The position numbers were made by a program, and so were the translations under genes. The notes under the pieces are model-generated. The model did no database searches, was not told where the DNA came from, and was given only the letters and a program-made list of their open reading frames with translations. A stretch of DNA of 64,000 bases, from positions 443,104 through 507,103 of the forward strand of contig RHPI01002823.1 of NCBI GenBank assembly GCA_009103225.1. The letters run 5' to 3'. Below, one piece after another: positions 25,981 to 36,607 of the stretch. The DNA comes from Chlorokybus atmophyticus. Lineage: Eukaryota > Plantae > Mesostigma and Chlorokybus algae. How positions within the stretch are numbered: the first letter of the stretch is position 1; the number at the start of each line of letters is the position of its first letter.

Positions 25981-26571
25981 TACGATAGGTAGTGCTGTTT
26001 ACACAATTCTTTGCGTGAGTGGAAGAGGAATTACACTGTTAAGTGAGGTGAATGAGCAAGCAACACGTGGATGCTATGCCCTGACTGATGCCAACAAGCA
26101 CACCGCAACCAAGTACATAAAGCTCACAGCGAGGACAAGCACAGTGCACAAGAACATGCACAGGCTCTCACACGGTGAGGATATTCTTGGGAACCAGGAC
26201 GGTGTGTTTCGTAGTTCAAGTCGCTTCACAAGCTCTTAGCTTTCTCACTTACAGTGTCACCAGCTGATCCGGTGAACACTGTGCCTACTTATACAAGTCA
26301 ACTCATGACTGTCCAGAACATAAGCTAATGGTCATATCGAGGCTATTTTCACAGGAAATTACCACTTGATATAGAACCCAACTTATAACTGAACTCACAA
26401 CTGAACAGCTACGCGCGGTGCCTATGTAGGCTATGGTCATGAGCTACTCTAGAGACATGACCTAGCAACTGGTCAGAGGCGCGCGCGAGTTGCCATGCTG
26501 ATAAGCCGGGCGAGGGTCTCGCTGTAGGCATGCCTGATGATGACTGGCATGCTTGGGCGATAGGCATGACA
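25969..26571 (-). repeat. Repeat A2 of copy A (internal copy of the 5' terminus)
   Basis: Near-identical (roughly 95% by eye) to 36608-37210. Confidence 0.95.
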
Positions 26572-26573
26572 GC

Positions 26574-26819
26574 TGTCGGGTCGAGGGGAGTCGAGGGTCA
26601 CGCTGTCTCGGACAGCTGCATGGACAGCCATGTGTTGTGCTGGACATGCTGCTGCGCCACCTGTGTAACGCGTAGCAAAAACAGAAAGATGACCTCAACC
26701 CTCATGGTGACAAGTGCTTTGTGCAGCTGGTGTACTGCTGCTGGGTAGTATGGGCAGATGGAGTCGGTGTTCTCCCTGCAGAACATGCTGTGCTGTAGCA
26801 TACAACATCAACAAGCCAC
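26574..26819 (-). repeat. Repeat B1 of copy A, preceded on the sense strand by a G-run (PPT-like)
   Basis: Copy of B2. The sense strand reads ...CAGGGGGGG-TGGCTTGTTGA. It joins A2 through the palindrome GACAGCTGTC (26568-26577). Confidence 0.95.
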
Positions 26820-26863
26820 CCCCCCTGGGCTCTGGGGGAGGTTCCAGCTCCAGAGCTCAGCTG

Positions 26864-28396
26864 CTAACGCAAGTGAGGAGGGCCATTGGTACGGCAATCG
26901 TCGCACCAATACTCCTCCATAGGTATCGTGTCCAACGGTGGCTCCAGGCAGTAGCAATGTAGGCCCTTGTTGCAGCCATCGCAGAGCATCATGAGTGCGT
27001 CGTTGCCGGCGCTGCCGCAGTGTTCACAGCGTGTGCTGCGCGCGGGACGAGGGTGCTGGATACGCCCGAAGCCGGCTACATAAGGAAGGTGACATGGCGC
27101 ACAGTTCAGCATGTTGTCTTTCAACCTTTCTCCGTTTTGACCAAGGAGGTCCAGCACCCCTGTAGGGTACACTTTGAGTACCTTGTAGACGGTGCGGCAT
27201 ACGGAGGTGTCAAGCGTGTCTTTGGTGGCTGCCATGCGATAGGCAAAGTCCCCCGCTTGGAACCGCCGTTGGCGCTCCTTGTAGAAGCCGCTGCGTACGC
27301 GCTCGTAGCGCAGCGTGTCGCGATGCTGCGCGATGCGCAGGTTGTTGAAGGCCATGGGGACGGTGCGCTCGAAAAGCGCGGCGCGCGCGGTGATGTCGTG
27401 GTGCATCCAGTCAGGGTCGTCGAGGTTGTCCACGACGCGATCCACCTCCTGCTGCGCACGGAAGGGGAGCAATGGTGGTCGCCCGAACAGCAGGTAGTAC
27501 GGGCTGTACTCCCGCAGAGCCGCCTGCTTTGACAATCGATATCCAAGGGCCACCCACGGGAGGTGGTCATCCCAAGTGTTCTTCTCGTACTCCAGCACGT
27601 ATTTGCGGAGTGCCTTCTTGATGGTCTGTACCGTACGCTCGGCGAGGTCGTCGGCTTGAGGGTGATCACGCGAGGTACGGCGGTGGTCGATGTAACATTT
27701 GTCCAAGAGGGTGTCGAATTCCCCTCTGAACTCAGTACCTTGGTCAGTGATGACCTCGGCGCAGCTGCGAAAGCGGCTAAGAACGTGAGAGAGGAAGGCT
27801 TGAGACACCCCCCTGCTGCTCTTGTCGGGTAATGGCACCAGCTCCACCCACTTGGAGAAGTGCTCGGTCATGACCAGGATGTAACGGTTGCCACGCGCTG
27901 AGGGTGCCAAGTCCCCAAAGATGTCGAGTCCCCATCGATAAAAGAGACCGGAGATGGGAAGTGGGTGCAGCTCGGCGCTACGCGTGTTGAGGCTGGCGCG
28001 CACCATGTCACACTGCTGGCAGTGGCTGACGAACCTTTGCACCTGTTTTGTTAATCCATACCACCACTATTGTGCCCTCACTAGGCTGACGGTACGCTTG
28101 ACACCGAAGTGTCCAAGCTCAGTGTGGAGGGAAGTGATGATGCCCTCGCGCGCGACTGGTGTCGGCACTTCCTTGTCTTCGTCGTGGAAGCGGCGATACA
28201 GCTTGTTACCCGCCCATCGATAGTGACGGGTGCGTTGGTTGACCCAGTCCTTCTCTCGAGCGCTCATGCTGTAGGGAAGCTGGCCACTTTGAAGAAATGA
28301 GAGTGATGGCTTGTCCTGCCATATGTCCTGCCTAGTGTCAGTGGGCGCCAGCTCTGTGTCATCGATGTCGATGTCGGCTGCATGGGCGTCTCCCAA
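26864..28396 (-). pseudogene. Integrase (HHCC + DD35E) with C-terminal PHD finger, copy A
   Basis: HTELGH...CQQC zinc domain (one in-frame stop near 28067), WGLD / VITDQG / LAERTVQTIK catalytic core, and C4HC3 PHD CEHC...CDGC...HCYC...WCDDC. Confidence 0.93.
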
Positions 28397-28423
28397 GGGT
28401 GTGGTTGCCGCAGGGTCGGTAGA

Positions 28424-30345
28424 CTAAAGGGCAGGAATCTCCTCTACCACTGCTAAGGCCGTGGTGTTGGTCTTGCGCCCTGAGCGCAACGCGTCAGCAG
28501 CAAACATGGCTGCCATGGTGGGGACTGTTGCTGCAGGGGTGAGCTCATGCCGCGCTCCAGTTGCGTCGTTGGTGCTGAGGTGAGGGTTGCGATTGAGGCC
28601 ATCAGCGTCTTGATTGGTGAGGCCAGCGCGGTGGTCAATCTCAAAGTCGTATTCCTGCAACAGCAGGGCCCATCGAGCAAGTTTCCCTGTCAGATGTTGG
28701 TTGGTCATCAGCCACTTGAGGGGCTGATGATCGGTGATCAGTTGGAACTGTCGACCAAAGAGGAAAGGTCGGAAGAAGGAGATGGCCCACACTGCAGCGA
28801 GGCACTCCCCTTCGTAGCTGCTGTAGTTGGCCTCGGCGCTGTTGTTGCTTCGGCTGGCGTATGACACCACCCGCTCCTTCTTGTTCTCATCGTGCTGCAC
28901 CAGCACCGCTCCCATCCCCAGCTTGCTCCAGATGGTGTGAAGGATGAAAGGCTTGGCGTAGTCCGGACGTTGAAGGATGGGAGCGCTGGTGAGTCTGCTC
29001 TTCAGCTCCTCGAAGGCCTTCTGTTGCGGCTCCTTCCACGCGAACTCCACCTCCTTCTTCAGTAGCTCGTTGAGGGGCCTTGCGATCTTTGCGAAGTTCT
29101 TCACGAACCGGCGATAGTAGTTGGCCAGTCCCAAGAAAGCGCGCAGGCGTGTGAGGTTGGTCGGGGCAGGGATAGCTGCCAGAGCCTCTATTTTTGCCTG
29201 CTGCACATACACACCATGGGGCACAATCATGTGCCCTAAGTACGGCACCTTGTGGGTGAAGAAGGTACACTTGTCAGGGTGTACGGTCATCCCCACTCCC
29301 TTGAGTCGTTCCAGCACCGCTTCGATGTGCTGAAGATGCTCCTCGTTGCTGCGGCTGAAGATGAGGATGTCATCGATGTAGCACCGCGCGCAGTCCAGCC
29401 CCTTCAAGGCTTTGTCCATGACGCGTTGAAACTTGGCGGGGGCATTCTTCAGCCCGAACGGCATTACCTTCCATTGGTACAACTGTCGGTTGCCCCAGAA
29501 GGAGGTCTTGTGCTTGTCCTCGTCCTTGATGGCGATTTGGTTGTACCCCTGACGCATGTCCAGGATGCTGAAGACTGTGCAGTCTCCCACATCATCAAAA
29601 ATACCCTCTGCTGTGGGCATGGGGTACCGGTCTTGCTTGGTCTTGTTGTTGAGGGCGCGATAGTCGCCGCACATGCGTCGCTCTGTCCAGTTGCCGACTG
29701 AATCCTTCTTCAGTGGCATGACGGTTGCTGCTGCGAAGTCCGATGTGGACTCTTCGATAAGGCCTGCATCCAGCAGCGCCTTACATCTCTGTTCCACCAA
29801 GTCTTCTTCCAACTTGGAGAGCCTATATTGTCGTCGGAACACCGGCTCAGTGTCCACCAGCTCGATGTCCATCTGGTACACTGAGCATGTACCCAATTCC
29901 TTCACATTGAAGCTGAATTGGCTCCTCCATTTGTTGAGGAGAGCCTCCAGCTTCTCTCGAGTGTCTTCCGTGGCCCCTCTGCTGTGGGCATGGGGTACCG
30001 GTCTCGCTTGGTCTTGTTGTTGAGAGGGCGATAGTCGCCGCACATGCGTCGCTCTGTCCAGTTGCCGACTGAATCCTTCTTCAGTGGCATGACGGTTGCT
30101 GCTGCGAAGTCCGATGTGGACTCTTCGATAAGGCCTGCATCCAGCAGCGCCTTACATCTCTGTTCCACCAAGTCTTCTTCCAACTTGGAGAGCCTGTATT
30201 GTCGTCGGAACACCGGCTCAGTGTCCACCAGCTCGATGTCCATTTGGTACACTGAGCATGTATCCAATTCCTTCACATTGAAGCTGAATTGGCTCCTCCA
30301 TTTGTTGAGGAGAGCCTCCAGCTTCTCTCGAGTGTCTTTCGTGGC
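28424..30345 (-). pseudogene. Ty3/Gypsy reverse transcriptase and RNase H, copy A (5' part tandemly duplicated)
   Basis: RRMCGDYRALN, FSILDMRQGYNQI, VMPFGLKNAP, CYIDDILIFS, LRAFLGLANYYRRFV, YASRS, YEGECLAAVWA, LITDHQPL, NQDADGL. Confidence 0.95.
29604..30345. repeat. 371-bp tandem duplication within the start of RT in copy A
   Basis: 29604-29974 and 29975-30345 are offset by exactly 371 nt, with a few substitutions. The duplication shifts the frame. Confidence 0.92.
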
Positions 30346-30554
30346 CAACGGGCCAACGGCATGGTCCCAGGAGGTTGCATTGGCAACCACATGAATGTTC
30401 TCCACTGTCACTGCTGCTTGCTCCTCCATGTGGATCACCTCTAGGGCTGTGTGAGCTGCCTTGGTGTCGGCCACGCGATCAGCCCACCCCCCAGCTACGT
30501 GTTCGAGATCCTCGAAGGACACGTGGCGGTCCTGCAACGCGAAGCTCAGCTCCA

Positions 30555-31510
30555 GCAGCCATACCATGCTGTTTTGGTCCATGGCGCGACCAAGCAGCTG
30601 GCATTGCTGACTGTCCGTCAGCGATGAGCCCGTGATGCTGTTGGGGAAGAAATCCCATGGCGCGTTTGCGTTCGCGTGCGTTGGGTTCTTCCAGCCTGTT
30701 GGTGGTCGCAACGAACACCATCCCGTCACCACCGTTTCGAAATGCGTAGGAGCCCGGGTAGGACACCAATGTGGGGAGTGCGCGACGGGGCTGACCGGGC
30801 TGATTGCACGGGTAGAAGTGGTTGTGGTCATGACGCAGGACAGGTTGTGCTGTGCGGCCGGGGTCAAGGATGTCGTCGACCAGCAGGTTGCGCGGCCGAG
30901 CGCTGCGTGTGTATTCGGCGGTCATGAGTTCCTTTACGGTGGCCAAGTTTGTCCATTTGGCACGTACACGATGTGCGCGCGAGCCATGTCATGCCGCGTT
31001 CACCTTGAGTGGGTGCCCCAAGATGGAGCAAACTTGGCGGTAGCTGGAGGGCACGTGCGGACGCTTGTCGTCCTCTGAATGCACATTTTCGATGACGTAC
31101 CCCAGGGGTCTGGAGATCTGGTGGTGTTGAAGGAGGTGGATGATCCTCATCAGCTCCCAGAATAGCCTGGAGCGAGGGTTTTCGAGGCCTTGCCCCTTGC
31201 CTGCCCTGGAGTGCCCTTGACATTCCCATCCAGCTATTAACAGGTCGACGTTGCCGAGGGACAGTAGGTGATCTTCAGTGATCAGCCGGACGTCCTGTGG
31301 CAACGCTTTGAGGCTGCCTTGCAACGCCGAGAGGGGTAGTTGACGTGGATACCTGGCGTGCAGTTGGCGTAAGTGGTGCTTGAGGACCGTTTGCGTGTGT
31401 GGGTCTGGGTCACAGTAATAGTATTTGACAACCTTCACGCCCGTGGTGAGGACCGCAGCAAGACCACTGCCAATGCCTCCAAACAGCTCCAACACTGTGA
31501 TGCCCTGTTG
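30555..31510 (-). pseudogene. C5 cytosine DNA methyltransferase domain between protease and RT, copy A
   Basis: Motif I VLELFGGIG, motif IV LLIAGWECQGHS, motif VI YVIENV, motif VIII AA*HGSRAHRVRAKWTNL, motif IX ERKRAMGF, motif X LLGRAMDQNSM. One stop and frameshifts in the TRD/C-terminal part. Confidence 0.92.
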
Positions 31511-31738
31511 CCTGCGAAAGGTGTGGAACTCCACCACTCCGGTGGCCACCATATGGTGGTCCTGCACCTTGACGTGGCTTCGGTAGTTGGGGAAGCGCGT
31601 GGTGATCTGTGGATGGCTGAGCAAGATGTGTGCGTCCACCTGTGCGCGCCAGCGCCGTTCAGCTGGGTCTTGTAATGCTACTTCCACGGTGGCATCCTCC
31701 TGCTCCTCGTTGTACGGGATGGGAGAGGAGTCGCCGGT

Positions 31739-32391
31739 TTAACACGGGGCCGTGGCACCCGCAGCGACTTGCGTCCGAGCGCCGTCGTTTGTGGCCATTA
31801 CAGCCTTCCGGGTGCGGGCGTGGCTGCGTGTGGCCATGGCAGCCATTTTGCGTTGGACTCGCGTGCGCGAGACCAACTCGAGAGGTAGGAAACCCTGTAC
31901 CTCTCCGTCATCCTCATCCCAATGTGGCCGAAACCACGCTCGCTCTATCCAGCAGTCGAGGCCCATGCCCACAGGGAAGTTGAAGTCCTGCCCAAGCAGA
32001 AAGTCGAAGGAGCCGGCATTGGTGACCACACATTGCTGGACGATCTCGGTAGTGTGGGTTGGGTCCAGCCCTGTCAACCGAATGCAAAAGGCCTCCCTGG
32101 TGACTCCCATCACCTTATCTCGGCTACCTGGGCAGTGTCCAACACGTACGGGCAAGGCACCAAGTCGGAGCTGGTTATGTCTAGGGACCGCGCGAGGAAG
32201 CGCCCGATGATGACAGGCTGTGCTCCGGTGTCCAACATTACTCGCTTGGGTGCCAGACCGTTGATGGTAACGTGCTTGCCTTGGTTGGCCACCATGGCAG
32301 CATTGGCGTCGATGCGCAGCCTCTTTATACGAGGTGTCTGTACCTCTGACTCAGTTGTCTCAGTTGGCGGTGCTGAGCGCATGGCAGCCAA
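31739..32391 (-). pseudogene. Retroviral-type aspartic protease, copy A
   Basis: RVMLDTGAQPVIIG, followed after a frameshift by FDFLLGQDF. Confidence 0.85.
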
Positions 32392-32457
32392 AGCTCCTCT
32401 GCCTGCTGGGTCCGGAGAACCCCCTCCTTGCCCTCTCCCTCTGCCGAACCGACCTTG

Positions 32458-35400
32458 TCATGGTGGTTGGTAGACACGGGGGGGCCTCAGTGCTGGAGGT
32501 TCCGGCGCTGGTTGTGGTGGCGGAGCAGGTGGATGACCCCTCTGCGAAGCTAGAATCATGCCCGCGGGTGTACCCAATGGCTGTGGAGGAAACCCCGGCG
32601 GACCCGGTGTTTGTGGGCCTGCCTCGCGTTCAGCTTGCTCCGCGGCGTACGTCCATCGAACAGCATGAGCCGCTTCTTGGACCAATGTCCCTTCCCACGT
32701 GGCCGTGGGCTCGGTGTCCGTGTCGGTCCAATGATGATATTGAGGCATAGGCTGCAGGTATACGGCGCGTAGTAGCTGTCGCCGCATGTCGTGAGTAATG
32801 GTGGGGACTCGCAAGATCCCTGCCACGTAGGCATCCCACCTTCCTTGTACCACTCCCACATCGAGCACGGTCATGGCGCGAGCGCGTAGGGTGCGCTGGA
32901 GTTCAGTCTGCTGTGCGTGTAGCTCATGAGCAATGGCGATGCGCCGCCGTTGCCGTGCGGCTTCCACCCCTGACAGCCGCAGCATTGCCTCTTGCACCCC
33001 CTCCAGCGTGTCCGGGGCTGTGGTGGCAGCCTCGTCGTATGCTTGTCGCAGCGAACCAACGAATGCCCCCAACCATGATGCTCGGTTGTCAAAGGCAAAC
33101 AGGGGGACAGCAGGGTGATTGGCAACGAGCCATGTCACGAGACGGGCTCGAGCGGCGCTGCCTTCTTGCATCCCCATCATCTGTCTTAATGTGTTGCCCT
33201 CAGGCCTGTGCAACATGACTGCTTGCCGGATGAGTGCGGTACGGAGTTGTTGCTCCCCCACCATACCAGCTCCTCCTCGTTGTGTGGTGTCCCCTTGCGG
33301 GGTGAGGTATCCTCGCCCTGCGTCGCGTTGATCCTCAGGCATGTCTTCGACCAAAGGAGGCAGCAGCGGGGCAATTACCCCCCTCAATTGTTGCGCCAAC
33401 GCCCTCACTTGGTCTGCAACAGTTGCGTGTCCTGGCTGCTTGATGGCGATTGCCGTGGAGTACGCTGTGGTCAGCGCTGTAGAGGCGCTGGCAACATTTG
33501 CTGGCGCTCCGATCGGTACGATAACGGTGTGTGCTGCTTCGTACGCTTGTCGGCGCATGTCCACTTGGGCAGCTTGGTCCATTCGACAACGATGGGCCTG
33601 TTCAAGTGCAGAGAAACGCTCTTGACGACTGGAGTGAGCCCCCGGAGAGCGGGATCAGCGCCCAGCGCGATGTCAGACATGGTGACCACGAGGTTTTGCA
33701 TTTTGTGTCGCTGGAGACCGAGCGGGTCCAGTGGTGAGGGCTCGAAGTCGATCTGTTGAGCGGGCATGGGTTGCTGCGTTTGACTGGGTGCGCCCTGCAA
33801 TCGTGCGTGTAATGCCAGGAACAACTGGATGGCCAGCTCCAATACCGCAGGTCGTCGGTAGGTGACCCCGAACAGACGATCGCTCATCTCTGGTGCAGTG
33901 CCGGCGAGGATTTCATCCTCCAGCTGTTGTTGTGTGGGTTCCGGCAGCGTGTGGTACTCTGGAGGTGGCAGGGGCAAGATACGATCATCGCGTGCCACGC
34001 GCGTGGTGCGTTGCCCCCCTGGTCCGTACGCAATGGTGGTGGGTTCCACGTTGTGTAGAACCGACACCCAGGCGCGCTCTGCTTGTGGCCCGCGTGGCAC
34101 TTGCTGTGTGACGTCCAACGCTGGTGGCGGTGCCATTCGTCCCTTAAAAAGTGGTGCAGTGGGTATGGCAGCACTACTGGAGGCGATGGTGGTGGCACCT
34201 GCAGCAGTCGTCGAGACTGAGGTGGCGGCTGTGAGGGTGGCAGCAGTTGCGGTTGATGTGGCCGCTTCGATGAAGGCAGGAGTGGTGGATTCACCACTTA
34301 CGAACGCAACGACCATGGTTGTTGCGGCGTGGGTGCTCTCCATCACCGGGGACAGCGTGGTGCCAAGAGTGCTGACACCTGCTGTCGTGGTCGGTGTGGA
34401 TGCCGACGGTGTCGTCGACGGCGTCGTCCCAGCGGTGGTTGTGGCTGCCGAGGCAGCACCACTTGCGGCGTCCGACGATGCCGCTGTTGACGACGCGCCA
34501 GCTTCCCTGCGCGCACGTCTGGATGGTTGTACGCGTGACGGCGTGGGAGTGTCCCTATCCCGTTTCGGTGCCATCAGTGCCCACCTAGCAGCATAGCAGG
34601 CTTGATAGTCCTGCTTCTTGTTCTCCTCCAGCTGTGCCACGCGCGCCATCAGAACTGCCACTTGGTCAATAGCCGGTGGATTGGTTGGTGCCTTTACAGC
34701 AGCAGCTCCAGCGCTAGGACGTCCCTAAAGTCCTTTGTGCTGTGGAGGGCGGTTTTTCCCTCTATAGCCAGCTTCTTCCTTGCGGGCGCTAGCGTTGTTG
34801 TTGTTGTTGTTGGGGTTGTGGCCACCAGCGTTGTTGCCGTTGTTGCGACCACCAGCGTTGTTGCTGTTGTTGTAGCCGCCAGCGTGGTTGCTGTTGTTGT
34901 AGCCCCCGTTGTTGTTGTTGTTGTTGTTGTTGCCGCGGTAGCTAACAGTGTTTTTGCCGTTGTTGTAGCCAATAGAGGGCCGCAGCTCAGGGAACTTGAG
35001 TCAGCATACTGTCTCCAAATGTCCCGTCTTGTGGCAGTGGTCGCACACAAGGTTGCCGTAATCTTCGGTGCACTCTTTTTGGTAGTGGCCATGTCGACCA
35101 CACCAGTGGCACAGCACTGGAGCCACAAGGGCAGCATGAGCTGACCGTTTATCCTTGTAATGGATGCCTTGCGGCTCGCGGCTGCGGTCCCGCCGAAGAG
35201 GCTCCGCACTTGTGCCTGCCATAGGCCGTGAGGCACTGCGGTTGGTGTTCAGCACCGCTTTCTCATACACTGCACGCTTATGGATGGCTTGTGTAGTCTC
35301 GAAAGCTTCCTTGAGGGTGTAGCCGAGGGGCCTGCTGTAGTTCAGCGTCAGGCGCGTTGACTCACTTAGGGTGGGATCCAACTCGGCCACATACACCACT

Positions 35401-36400
35401 GCTGCCGCCTCCTCACTGACGATCTTGTAGTCAGTGTCTTTAAGCAACCCTTCCAACCGTGAATACAGTCGGAGAGGGTCCTCGTGGGGCTTCCGTCGAA
35501 AACGCCTCAACTCCTCCACCTTGCTGTTGGTTTGAGGTGGGAAGGTGCGCCGAAGTGCGGCGTAGAGGTCCTTCAACGGGGAGTCCGACATGGCCGCGCC
35601 CACCGTAAGCGCGGGTGCACGCAATGCCACTGAGCCAAGGGTGAAAACACTGGCTCCTGCTGGAGCACGCGAGTTCGGTGTTGGTAGCAAGGGCATACCC
35701 ATCTCCAATGCTGCAGCTTGCTGCTCCTCTTGTTGCTCCCTGATGATGGCAGCGGTGCGGTTGAGTATCCTGATCCGGCGCTCGGCCTTCTTGCTTTTGA
35801 TCTCTGCAGGAGTCAATGAGGCCACTACCACCTCAACTTCTTCATTCTCTGCCTTCTCCATGGCTGCAGCTAGAGTGAGACCCGTGACTGAGGCGGGCGG
35901 GGCCGCTGCTACAGGGACCGTAACCGATGGGCTGTGCATTGATGTGGCGGCTATTGTGCTGGCCAACTCGCCATAGCCATCTTGTGTAACTCAGCGATGG
36001 ACTTCCACACATCATGTGCTTCGTGAACAAGGTATTGGGCGGACACATGAAACGATACCTCGTCTGTCCAGTCCTTGCTCTTGAGGGCTTGCTGCCGCAT
36101 CTTGGAGTGGAACTTGATGATGAACTCGTCAAGTGAGGTGGTGCCAGGGCGTCCGGAGAAGCGTAGGGAGTTGGTTGAGCTGAAAGGCTCCATCTCTTCG
36201 TCGTCACTGTCCGATGGTGGTGGAGATGCTCGTTGACGAGGAGTGGAGTGAGAGGAGGTGAAGCCGGAGACGGGGCGTGAGCCTCTGCTGCTACGGTAAT
36301 CGCTCCCTTCACTTGCGCGCTCGTAGGTAAGGTTGGAGGTTGGGCTCCAGCTGTTGAGGTCCCCTGCTTCCATTGGCGAGAAAGGGGTGGGCCTGCTCAT
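32458..36400 (-). pseudogene. Unusually long gag region of copy A, with two CCHC zinc knuckles and low-complexity tracts
   Basis: ORFs 35951-36400, 35001-35966 (CHWCGRHGHYQKEC; CDHCHKTGHLETVC), an Asn/Gly tract at ~34790-34960, 33471-34661 (Thr/Ala/Ser-rich) and 32458-33582. Colinear with copy B. Confidence 0.85.
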
Positions 36401-36607
36401 ACAGCTGATGCGATGGTGAAAGTGGATGAAGGGTAGAGTGTTTGTGCTCTACAATGGGATCTCCAGTGCTGCTATCACCCAACACACTAGCGCTTGTGCG
36501 CGCTATGCGATGACAACACTGCACTGTGATGTGTACAACTACAGATTGCGATGCTTATGTACAGCCTGCAACTACACTCACTTGAGCAAAGAGGGTGACA
36601 CTGTAAG

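Noticed and set aside
25969-26819. Reading B1+A2 as an ordinary 850-bp 3' LTR with a truncated 5' LTR
   Set aside because: It does not explain the extra B2, the TGTC...GACA ends with a TSD at A1/B2, or the same layout in copy B.
34602-35144. Hydrophobic Val-rich plus-strand ORF resembling a membrane or env-like protein (also 19526-20113 on the minus strand)
   Set aside because: It is the antisense reading of the AAC-rich Asn tract of gag; no independent support.
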